Shown here: positions 1 through 7,821 of the stretch, in pieces
How positions within the stretch are numbered: position 1 is the first letter of the stretch
Layout: each line of letters starts with the position of its first letter
Assembly: GCA_964547475.1 (NCBI GenBank)
Contig: CAZJNQ010000008.1
Span: forward strand, 239-64,238
DNA from: an uncultured Porphyromonadaceae bacterium
GTDB taxonomy: Bacteria; Bacteroidota; Bacteroidia; Bacteroidales; UBA12481
Reading direction: 5' to 3'
DNA length: 64,000 bases
Translations under genes and position numbers: made by a program
Notes under the pieces: generated by a model
Told to the model about the DNA's origin: nothing
Databases searched by the model: none
Seen by the model: only the letters and a program-made list of their open reading frames with translations

Positions 1-325
1 AGCCTTGCGAGACGGCCTGGCAGATGAACTCGAAATGACGGGTTTCACCCTGAATAACGCATCCGACCAGTATTACAGCATCGGGATCCCTGGATTCCAG
101 AAGCAGGCGCCCTCCCATAGGCAGCTCAAAACTTCCCGGGACATATAGGGTAATGATATGCCCGGGATCAACTCCATGGATCAGCAAGGTTTCCCGGACA
201 CCCTGTTCGAGCGCGCAGGTAATTTCGCGGTTCCACTCGGAAACGATGATCCCGATCGTCATATTGCTGCCGTCCGGCACCGTGTCCGGGTCATAAGCGG
301 AGAGGTTTTTTGAATAGGTTGACAT
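1..325 (-). CDS. ribH: 6,7-dimethyl-8-ribityllumazine synthase (3' end runs off the window)
   Basis: Not in the ORF track. Manual translation from ATG 325: MSTYSKNLSAYD...IGIIVSEWNREIT...VPGSFELP...GCVIQGETRHFEFICQAVSQG, which carries the lumazine synthase motifs. Confidence 0.95.
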   Translation of the reverse strand, partial: MSTYSKNLSAYDPDTVPDGSNMTIGIIVSEWNREITCALEQGVRETLLIHGVDPGHIITLYVPGSFELPMGGRLLLESRDPDAVILVGCVIQGETRHFEFICQAVSQG

Positions 326-332
326 TTCCGTG

Positions 333-357
333 AAAAAAAAGCCGGAATATCCGGCTT
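333..357 (-). terminator. Intrinsic terminator-like hairpin between the TPR gene and ribH
   Basis: Minus strand reads AAGCCGGA-TAT-TCCGGC followed by T8. Confidence 0.65.
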
Positions 358-375
358 AACTGGTAGAGTTTTTTC

Positions 376-1068
376 TTATTGATCCAATCCGGCTTGAGCT
401 CGGGCAATGTATTTTTCAATTTTCCGGCCTTCATTGGACTCGGGGTACTCTGTCTGAATCTCCCTGTATAGATCAACGGCTCCCCGGTAATCTTTTGAAG
501 CCTCCATCAATTCAGCGGCTTTCATCAGGAAAATCGGCGTGGAAAAAGAATTGACATTTTCACGTGCAGCCTTCAGATAATAATCAATGGCTTCCTGTTC
601 ATCACCCAGTTCAGCATAAGCATCTCCAATGGCTCCCTGGGCCATCGGGTTGACCAGTTTGTCCTTCAGCTTGAATTTCTTCAGCTGCTCGATGGCTTGC
701 TGGTACTTGCCCAGTTTGAGGTAAGATATACCGGCGTAATAGCGGGCCAGCTTTCCTGGCTTGGTGATCTTGTATTGGTTAATGATATCTAAGAATCCCA
801 GGTTATTCCCGTCGCCATTTAAAGCCAGGTCAAAGGAATCCTTTTCAAAGTATTGCTCGGCCGCAAATATTTCATTTTTGGCATCCTTTTCCTTTGGAGA
901 AACGATAAACCTCTTGTAACCCAGGAAAATGCCAACAATGACAACTATCACAACCAATACAATGGTCAGGCTCTTTTGGTTATGCTCGATGAAATGTTCA
1001 GTGCTGCTTAATGCGTGCTCGACAACCTCGAGATTGTCATCCTTTTTGCCTTTAGGTTTGCTCGCCAT
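376..1068 (-). CDS. Membrane-anchored TPR protein (YfgM-like)
   Basis: N-terminal TM segment (LTIVLVVIVVIVGIFLGY), then TPR helices (YYAGISYLKLGKYQQA, AIGDAYAELG). Confidence 0.85.
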   Translation of the reverse strand: MASKPKGKKDDNLEVVEHALSSTEHFIEHNQKSLTIVLVVIVVIVGIFLGYKRFIVSPKEKDAKNEIFAAEQYFEKDSFDLALNGDGNNLGFLDIINQYKITKPGKLARYYAGISYLKLGKYQQAIEQLKKFKLKDKLVNPMAQGAIGDAYAELGDEQEAIDYYLKAARENVNSFSTPIFLMKAAELMEASKDYRGAVDLYREIQTEYPESNEGRKIEKYIARAQAGLDQ

Positions 1069-1090
1069 ATGTCATTTCTTAAAAAACATG

Positions 1091-1098
1091 CAAATGTA
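1091..1098 (-). promoter_or_regulatory. Bacteroidota sigma-A -7 box (TACATTTG) for the TPR gene
   Basis: Exact TAnnTTTG match 22 nt upstream of ATG 1068. Confidence 0.6.
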
Positions 1099-1168
1099 GA
1101 TAAAATAACCTGATTTGAAATAGCCCCTTCAAAAAACCGGGACTCCGCCGGTTTTGCCTCGAATATGC

Positions 1169-1176
1169 TAATTTTG
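1169..1176 (+). promoter_or_regulatory. -7 box (TAATTTTG) for recF
   Basis: TAnnTTTG match; supports the start at 1195 over 1165. Confidence 0.55.
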
Positions 1177-1194
1177 GCAGTGAAAGGCAATATC

Positions 1195-2298
1195 ATGTAC
1201 CTCCACAGAATCAACCTGGTTAACTTCAAGACATACAGTGAGCTGGATCTTGAGTTTTCTCCCAGGGTTAATTGTTTCGTAGGCAACAACGGAGTTGGCA
1301 AGACGAACCTGTTTGATTCCTTTCACTATCTCGCTTTCAGCAAATCCTATTTTGGCGGTTCTGACAGCGAGACGGTTAAACATGGGGCCGGATTCTTCCT
1401 GGTCGAGGGCGAGTTTGAATTTGATGACCGGACGGAAAAAATTCAATGCGCTTTCAACGAGGATCAAAAGAAAAGACTTCGCCGGAACGGAAAGGAATAC
1501 AACCGGTTGGCCGATCATATAGGCCTGGTCCCGATGGTCATGGTTTCGCCGGCTGACAGCAGCCTGATCCTCGAAGGAAGCGAGGAAAGGCGTCGCTATA
1601 TGAACAGTGTGATTTCCCAGTACAACAGGCAATACCTTGAGGATCTGATCCAATACAACAAAGCCTTGGGCCAGCGAAATAAAAGTCTGAAGGACTTTGC
1701 CCGTAGTCATCAGTTTGATGAGGATCTGCTCTCATTCTGGGACCAGAAACTGGTTGACACAGGGACAAGGATCTACCTCAGCCGCAAAAAATTCCTTACT
1801 GAACTGATGCCGGTTTTCCAGCATTACTACCAGATAATCTCATCCGGCAAGGAAACAGTGGGGCTCACCTATCAATCCCAGCTTGAGAAAACCCCATTAA
1901 AGGTCCTGCTTCAGGATTATCGGGAACGTGACCGTCAACTGCAATTTACTTCTGCCGGAATCCACCGCGACGATCTCCTTTTGAAGCTGTCGGGCTACCC
2001 CATGAAACTGCAAGGTTCTCAAGGACAGCAAAAAACTTTCCTGATTGCACTTAAGATGGCTCAGTACGACTTCCTGAAAGAGGTTTCGGAGGTAAGACCC
2101 CTGATTTTACTGGATGATGTTTTTGACAAGCTTGATTCCAGGCGCGTCACTGAAATCATGAAACTCGTGGCGGAAGATCATTTTGGCCAGATCTTCATCA
2201 CGGATACCAATCAGGAGCACCTTGAGAAAATCCTCGCTACCATACCGGTCGAGTACCGTTTGTTCAGGATTGAGGACGAGCAGGTAATCACACTCTAG
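1195..2298 (+). CDS. recF: DNA replication/repair protein RecF
   Basis: Walker A GNNGVGKTN, GIHRDDL, signature GSQGQQK, Walker B LLDDVFDKLD. Confidence 0.95.
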   Translation: MYLHRINLVNFKTYSELDLEFSPRVNCFVGNNGVGKTNLFDSFHYLAFSKSYFGGSDSETVKHGAGFFLVEGEFEFDDRTEKIQCAFNEDQKKRLRRNGKEYNRLADHIGLVPMVMVSPADSSLILEGSEERRRYMNSVISQYNRQYLEDLIQYNKALGQRNKSLKDFARSHQFDEDLLSFWDQKLVDTGTRIYLSRKKFLTELMPVFQHYYQIISSGKETVGLTYQSQLEKTPLKVLLQDYRERDRQLQFTSAGIHRDDLLLKLSGYPMKLQGSQGQQKTFLIALKMAQYDFLKEVSEVRPLILLDDVFDKLDSRRVTEIMKLVAEDHFGQIFITDTNQEHLEKILATIPVEYRLFRIEDEQVITL

Positions 2299-2306
2299 TC
2301 AAGAAG

Positions 2307-2603
2307 ATGGTAATCAGAAGAACCAAAACAAGATCCCTGGGTGATATTATCGGAGAATACCTTGAGGACAGCGGTCTTAAAACCCGGTTGAAGGAAAGGG
2401 AACTCGTGAGGCTATGGGATGAAGTGGCCGGAGGAATGATTGCCCGGTCGACCCAGTCGGTTTATGTCAGGAAAAGGAAACTGTTCGTAATCGTAAGGTC
2501 CGCGGTAATCAGGAATGAGTTGTTGATGATACGCGGAGCCCTGAAGGAAGAGCTCAACCGGAGAGTCGGTGCCGACCTGATCGATGAAATCGTGATCCGT
2601 TAA
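2307..2603 (+). CDS. DUF721 / DciA-family protein
   Basis: 98 aa directly after recF, with WDEVAG...LFVIVRSAVIRNELLM; this is the usual recF neighbour. Confidence 0.8.
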   Translation: MVIRRTKTRSLGDIIGEYLEDSGLKTRLKERELVRLWDEVAGGMIARSTQSVYVRKRKLFVIVRSAVIRNELLMIRGALKEELNRRVGADLIDEIVIR

Positions 2604-2630
2604 GGCACCACGGTTTAAGGATCCATCCCT

Positions 2631-3074
2631 TCATTCAAGGAATTCACCAGCCTTGCCAAACCGCTCAGAATTGGCAAAGAAGAATCCGGCTTCCCTGACG
2701 GCATTTTCATCACAGTCCGATCCGTGAATGGCGTTGCTTTGAATGGTTTCTCCAAACAGGGCCCGGATGGTTCCCGGGTCCGCCTTGACCGGATCCGTGT
2801 TGCCAATAAGTTTCCGGAATGACTCGACTGCATCCTCTTTCTGGAACACGGCAACGATCACCGGTCCGGAGGTCATGAAGCGGACCAGTCCGTCATAAAA
2901 GGGCTTTCCTTGATGGACTGCATAAAAACAAGAGGCCTGTTCGACGCTCAGCCGGATCATTTTAAGAGCTGCTATCGAGAATCCCGTTTCACAGATCATT
3001 TTAATGATGGCTCCTGTATCTTGACGGGCGACCGCATTCGGTTTAATGATGGCAAAGGTGATTTTTCCTGGCAT
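2631..3074 (-). CDS. ndk: Nucleoside diphosphate kinase
   Basis: TFAIIKP, FMTSGP, PGTIRA and catalytic NAIHGSD. Confidence 0.97.
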   Translation of the reverse strand: MPGKITFAIIKPNAVARQDTGAIIKMICETGFSIAALKMIRLSVEQASCFYAVHQGKPFYDGLVRFMTSGPVIVAVFQKEDAVESFRKLIGNTDPVKADPGTIRALFGETIQSNAIHGSDCDENAVREAGFFFANSERFGKAGEFLE

Positions 3075-3133
3075 GTGCGAAGGGTTGTTTTCATAAAAAT
3101 AATCATTTAGTCGGTTCGGTGTGATGACATTGT

Positions 3134-3141
3134 TATCTTTG
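3134..3141 (+). promoter_or_regulatory. -7 box (TATCTTTG) 4 nt before the nrnA ATG
   Basis: TATCTTTG-ATTT-ATG. Confidence 0.6.
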
Positions 3142-3145
3142 ATTT

Positions 3146-4204
3146 ATGCTTAGGAAAATAGATCTGAGAAGTGCAGGAGCGGAATCCGATTCCGCAATCG
3201 AGGGATTGAAGAAATTTTTCTTAGGGCCTCATAAAATATTGATTGTCAGCCACCAGAATCCTGACGGCGATGCGGTGGGTTCAGCACTCGGCCTGCGTGG
3301 TATTCTGGCCACGTTGGGTCATGAAGTATCCATCGCTGTTCCCGATGATTCACCTCCGTTCCTGAAATGGCTTCCCGGTCATGACGGGATTTTAATCTTT
3401 GAAAGGAGGTCAGGCAAGAGGGCCATCAAATCTGCGTTCGGATCGGCTGACCTGGTTGTATGCGTTGATTTCAATGCCCCGGACCGGGTTGACCTGATGG
3501 AACCCTGGCTTCTGGATCCCAAAGTACCCCTGTTATTGATCGATCATCATCCTCCCCAGGATATCTTCACCGATTATTACTGGATCGATGAAACCAAAGG
3601 ATCAACTTCTGAATTGGTTTACTACTTCATTAAAAGAATGGGATGGTCGCAACTGCTCTCTGCAGAAACGGCTACATGCCTGCTTGCCGGGATCATGACT
3701 GACACGGTCGAATTCAAGGTGAACTGTTCTTATCCGGAGGTTTTCGCAACGGTTGCCGAACTGGTCAGAGCCGGGGCCGACAAGGACCGTATTTACAATG
3801 AGATTTACAGCATGTTCTCTGAAAGCCGTATGCGGCTTTTGGGCTACAGCCTTGAATCAAGCATGAGGATACTTCCGGAGTTACATTCTGCCTACATCGC
3901 CCTGACCCGGGCTGAATTAAACCGGTTCAATCATAGGAAAGGAGACACCGAGGGTTTTGTCAATTATCCGCTCTCCATTGAAGGGATACAATTCTCGGTG
4001 TTGTTTACCGAGCAGGAGGATCATATCAAACTTTCACTGAGGTCCAAGGGTACTTTTCCGGTCAACGAATTTGCCAATCGTTTCTTTAATGGAGGCGGGC
4101 ATATAAATGCAGCAGGAGGACGTTTTTATGGTACCATGCCAGATGCCATCGCACATTTTGAATCCGTGCTCATGGAATATCAAGACCTTTTGAAAAAAGT
4201 CTGA
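3146..4204 (+). CDS. nrnA: DHH/DHHA1 phosphoesterase (nanoRNase/PAP phosphatase NrnA-like)
   Basis: HQNPDGDAVGS, IDHH, GIMTDT, SLRS and GGGHINAAG motifs. Confidence 0.9.
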   Translation: MLRKIDLRSAGAESDSAIEGLKKFFLGPHKILIVSHQNPDGDAVGSALGLRGILATLGHEVSIAVPDDSPPFLKWLPGHDGILIFERRSGKRAIKSAFGSADLVVCVDFNAPDRVDLMEPWLLDPKVPLLLIDHHPPQDIFTDYYWIDETKGSTSELVYYFIKRMGWSQLLSAETATCLLAGIMTDTVEFKVNCSYPEVFATVAELVRAGADKDRIYNEIYSMFSESRMRLLGYSLESSMRILPELHSAYIALTRAELNRFNHRKGDTEGFVNYPLSIEGIQFSVLFTEQEDHIKLSLRSKGTFPVNEFANRFFNGGGHINAAGGRFYGTMPDAIAHFESVLMEYQDLLKKV

Positions 4205-4211
4205 CTGCACC

Positions 4212-4772
4212 ATGCACCTGTTGATCCGTAACCTTTTCCTGTGCCTGGTCATGGTCCTGTGCGGATCCTGTCATACCGGCGAATCAGACCAGTCGGAACG
4301 GAAACTTCCCGGTCAGGTTGATCGGGAAAAGCTCCTGGATGTCAACAAACACCTGATCCGGCAAGATGCGGTGGTCATCCGGAATTATGCCGACAATGCC
4401 GGTTGGGACCTTAAGGAAACCGGAACCGGACTGTTTTACCAGATCCTCGACCACGGCAGGCAACAGCCAAAAGCACGCAAGGTGAAAAGCGGTGATCAGG
4501 TCAGCCTGAATTATGACATAAGCTTGCTCGACGGTACTACATGCTATACTTCCACTCTGGATGGCCCCAGGAACTTTGTTGTGGATAAATCCCTGTCAGA
4601 ACAGGGTCTTCACGAAGCAGTCAAACTCCTTGAGCCGGGCGATAGCGCCCTGATTATCATGCCTCCCCACCTGGCCTACGGACTTGTCGGCGATGGTGAC
4701 CGGATTCCGGCGAGGGCCACCCTGGTTTATAGGATCCGGTTGGTCGATGTGAAACGAGGGAGCTCACGGTGA
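4212..4772 (+). CDS. FKBP-type peptidyl-prolyl isomerase, probable lipoprotein (GldI-like)
   Basis: Hydrophobic N-terminus ending LCGSC; FKBP motif PPHLAYGLVGDGDRIP. Confidence 0.8.
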   Translation: MHLLIRNLFLCLVMVLCGSCHTGESDQSERKLPGQVDREKLLDVNKHLIRQDAVVIRNYADNAGWDLKETGTGLFYQILDHGRQQPKARKVKSGDQVSLNYDISLLDGTTCYTSTLDGPRNFVVDKSLSEQGLHEAVKLLEPGDSALIIMPPHLAYGLVGDGDRIPARATLVYRIRLVDVKRGSSR

Positions 4773-4804
4773 TTTTTTTACATTTACGGAAAAAAGAGCG
4801 ATTC

Positions 4805-5656
4805 ATGAAAAAGATTCTCATTTATACACTAATCTTACTGTTAATCAATAGTTTAGCCTGTAACCGGTCTGATCGGGGTTTTAAACATCATCCATCAGGA
4901 TTGTCCTACAGGTTTTATGAGATGAATCCTGAAGGCGCAACGCCTGAAACAGGCGACCTGATTGTGCTGTCAATGAAAATCCTAACCCCGGAAGGCAAAT
5001 TGTACGATGAATCCGGTTTTTACCGGATGCAACTCCAGAAACCCATGTTCAAAGGGGATTTTTATACCGCCCTGGCTTTGATGCAGGTAGGCGACAGTGT
5101 CTGTTTCAAGCTGGATGCAGCAAATTTTTTTGAGAAAAACCGCAAACGGGATTTGCCGGTTGAGTTTCAGCAGGGAGATCCGGTCTATATTCATGTGAGA
5201 ATGAAGAACATTGTAAACATCGGTGACCTTGAAGAGGAAAGGGCCAGCATTTATCATTCTGACAGAGAACAGGAAATGAACCTCCTGAAGAATTATATTG
5301 AGCTGACCAATACTACGGTACCTCCGTCCGCAAGCGGCATGTACTATATTTCTAAAAAAGAGGGAAGCGGCAAGAAAGCGGAACCCGGGAAGGATCTGAC
5401 CGTTCACTACACCGGGACGGCCATTGACGGCAAAATCTTCGACTCATCGCTTCAGAGAGGCCGGCCGTTTCATTTTATTCTCGGGCAGGGACAGGTAATC
5501 AAAGGTTGGGAAGAGGGCTTTCTGCACATGAGGGAAGGCGGACAGGCCCGGTTTATTATTCCATCCGACCTTGCCTATGGAAAAGACGGCTATTCGAATA
5601 TTATCTTACCCTATTCAACACTGGTATTTGAAGTCGAACTGATCGAGGTTAAATGA
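4805..5656 (+). CDS. Two-domain FKBP-type PPIase lipoprotein
   Basis: MKKILIY...SLAC lipobox; VHYTG, FDSS, VIKGWEEG, IPSDLAYG. ATG 4805 preferred over GTG 4769. Confidence 0.9.
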   Translation: MKKILIYTLILLLINSLACNRSDRGFKHHPSGLSYRFYEMNPEGATPETGDLIVLSMKILTPEGKLYDESGFYRMQLQKPMFKGDFYTALALMQVGDSVCFKLDAANFFEKNRKRDLPVEFQQGDPVYIHVRMKNIVNIGDLEEERASIYHSDREQEMNLLKNYIELTNTTVPPSASGMYYISKKEGSGKKAEPGKDLTVHYTGTAIDGKIFDSSLQRGRPFHFILGQGQVIKGWEEGFLHMREGGQARFIIPSDLAYGKDGYSNIILPYSTLVFEVELIEVK

Positions 5657-5697
5657 TGCGCATTTCAGCCCGCTGATTGCTGAAACTTTGGGAAGCA

Positions 5698-5790
5698 TCA
5701 GGCTTCAATGACCATGCCGTCATATCCCGGTTCAAGTTCCTCCGGCAGCCGTTGCATCAGATCTTCATGCAACCCGGCCTGGTGTGACAT
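5698..5790 (-). pseudogene. C-terminal remnant of a PhnP-like MBL-fold metallo-hydrolase
   Basis: 30-codon frame MSHQAGLHEDLMQRLPEELEPGYDGMVIEA*, resembling the H(I/M)SH..GLH.....LP......YDG end of PhnP-family proteins; in-frame TGA six codons upstream. Confidence 0.6.
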
Positions 5791-5820
5791 CTGTAAAGAT
5801 AGCAATCATGGGCTTTTTTT

Positions 5821-5828
5821 TACTTTTG
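5821..5828 (+). promoter_or_regulatory. -7 box (TACTTTTG) 4 nt before ATG 5833
   Basis: TACTTTTG-ATAT-ATG. Confidence 0.6.
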
Positions 5829-5832
5829 ATAT

Positions 5833-6540
5833 ATGAAAGGCACTCTTTGGCTGATACCCAATGTTCTCGATGACGGAGAGCCCTCCGCCGTCGTCCCGGA
5901 ACCCGCTTTGGATCAGGTCAGGAAACTCCGGTATTTTATTGTCGAAAATGAACGAAATGCCAGAAGGTTTTTAGTGAAAGCCGGCATGAAGCTTTTCCTG
6001 GATGAAATTCAGTGGGGTTTGCTGAACGAACACACCCGTGCTGACGAATTGATGCCCTTGATTCAACCTCTGCTTTCGGGAACCGATGCCGGCCTCCTGT
6101 CTGAATCCGGATGCCCGGGCATCGCGGATCCAGGTGCCGAGGTGGTGCGGATGGCTCACGATTCAGATATCAGGGTCAAACCCCTGACAGGCCCAAGTTC
6201 CATCACGCTGGCTCTGATGAGCTCGGGATTGAACGGACAGACTTTTGCCTTTCACGGCTATTTGCCGGTCAAGCCCCGCGATAGGATCCGCAAGATCCGC
6301 GAAATTGAACAACGATCCAGGAATAACCGCGAAACACAGATCTTTATAGAGGCACCTTACAGAAACCAGCAGTTGCTCCTGGATCTGGTTAACACGCTCA
6401 ATCCTGACGTCTTGCTTTCCGTATCGGCTGATCTGACGGCACCTTCCGAGCTCATCAGAACAGCCCCTGTCTGGCAATGGCAGGGTCATCTCCCGGATTT
6501 AAATAAGCGACCGGCAGTATTTATGATCTTATATAAATAG
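5833..6540 (+). CDS. SAM-dependent methyltransferase, tetrapyrrole methylase family (RsmI-like)
   Basis: GTLWLIPN, GLLSESGCPGIADPG, PLTGPSS, FAFHGYLP, FIEAPYRN. Confidence 0.88.
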   Translation: MKGTLWLIPNVLDDGEPSAVVPEPALDQVRKLRYFIVENERNARRFLVKAGMKLFLDEIQWGLLNEHTRADELMPLIQPLLSGTDAGLLSESGCPGIADPGAEVVRMAHDSDIRVKPLTGPSSITLALMSSGLNGQTFAFHGYLPVKPRDRIRKIREIEQRSRNNRETQIFIEAPYRNQQLLLDLVNTLNPDVLLSVSADLTAPSELIRTAPVWQWQGHLPDLNKRPAVFMILYK

Positions 6541-6541
6541 T

Positions 6542-6549
6542 TAGATTTG
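6542..6549 (+). promoter_or_regulatory. -7 box (TAGATTTG) upstream of the 6568 gene
   Basis: TAnnTTTG match just after the methyltransferase stop; followed by a purine-rich leader. Confidence 0.5.
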
Positions 6550-6567
6550 CGGGGAGGAAGGAAGGAT

Positions 6568-7821
6568 ATGAAAGAGAAAAAATCCCTGAGATTCAGGATC
6601 ATCAGGCTGTTCATCCTATTGATCCTATTGCTTCCTCTGTGGAGTTTTCTGATCTGGGCTTTCCGTCCTGTCCGGCCCCTGAATGTTTTTATCCTGGATA
6701 AAACCGTGCTTACATCGAAAGGCTCTGAGCACCGGTCATTGAACAGCATTCTGATCCATCAGAAGTACTCAAAGCCCGACAGGAAGCTCTACCGGATCGC
6801 CAAAGATTATTGGGGGTTTTTCCCGGAAAAGAAAGGTGGCAATTACCGGATCAGGGACCTGGATAGCATTGTTTATGCGAGACTCGACACCATTAAGTCA
6901 GGTGACGGGATTCTTCCGGTCTACAACAGGCAATCAAAATCCAACCTGACCTATGAAGGCATCGATTCCCTGGCCGAACGACTCGATGCATTGTATTATA
7001 CGGATCTTTATGGTATTAACCAGGCGGAATGGTTTAGCGGCTCCCTGCGTATTCCAAATGTGTCCCCTGTTATTTACGGAGGCCTGACAGACAAGGAATT
7101 TCATCTGCTCAAGCGCATGAAGACCTTGAATAAGCTGGTCATTATCGAGTTCAACCTATATCACGATCCGACGCCGCGGGAAGTCAGAGACAGTCTCCTT
7201 CAGGCTGTCAATATCCGCCCCACCGGCTGGGTGGGAACTTACATACAATCCCTGGATCCTCTCTTGAACAGGGATATCCCGTTATGGATCATCCGGAATT
7301 ACATGAAAAACCATCCCGGCAAATGGCCTTTCTCAAAACCGGGAATTGTTTTCGTCAGGGAAGATGGTTGGGTTGAGATCCTGGAGGATGACACGCATCT
7401 GGAGGTTCAGATACCTTTCATATATACCGATCAGCCTTACAGGAAACAATATGGGGTTGCCGACAAGGTTCCGTATCCCTTCTGGTTTGAGATCAATGAA
7501 CCGCTCAATGACAGTGCCGTGATAGTTTCCCGTTTCCGGATAGAACCCACGGTTCTGGGTGATTCCATTCTGAGGCAGCACGGCATTCCAGCTGAATTTC
7601 CGGCAGTGCTGAAGTCGCGCGGATCGTCACATTGCTATTTTTACTGTGCTGATTTCTGCGACAATCCGGTCTCCCTGCTGCCGAGCTATTTCGCGGGTTC
7701 AGGCTGGTTCAGCAAGTCGTTCTATGAGAAGGACTACAGTCAACGAAGCGAGTTCTTTTATGAGTATTACCGGCCCCTGATGAACTCTATTCTCGATGAA
7801 TATTATAGGAGCATGCGGTGA
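6568..7821 (+). CDS. Membrane-anchored protein of unknown function (LDKTV...EH motif)
   Basis: Basic N-terminus plus one TM helix, then about 385 aa of soluble domain (ILDKTV, DYWGFFP, YYTDLYG, IEFN, FPAV, ADFCD). ATG 6568 preferred over TTG 6547. Confidence 0.8.
   Translation: MKEKKSLRFRIIRLFILLILLLPLWSFLIWAFRPVRPLNVFILDKTVLTSKGSEHRSLNSILIHQKYSKPDRKLYRIAKDYWGFFPEKKGGNYRIRDLDSIVYARLDTIKSGDGILPVYNRQSKSNLTYEGIDSLAERLDALYYTDLYGINQAEWFSGSLRIPNVSPVIYGGLTDKEFHLLKRMKTLNKLVIIEFNLYHDPTPREVRDSLLQAVNIRPTGWVGTYIQSLDPLLNRDIPLWIIRNYMKNHPGKWPFSKPGIVFVREDGWVEILEDDTHLEVQIPFIYTDQPYRKQYGVADKVPYPFWFEINEPLNDSAVIVSRFRIEPTVLGDSILRQHGIPAEFPAVLKSRGSSHCYFYCADFCDNPVSLLPSYFAGSGWFSKSFYEKDYSQRSEFFYEYYRPLMNSILDEYYRSMR

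Noticed and set aside
326-375. FMN riboswitch upstream of ribH
   Set aside because: The gap is only 50 nt, far too short, and has no RFN consensus; only a simple hairpin is present.
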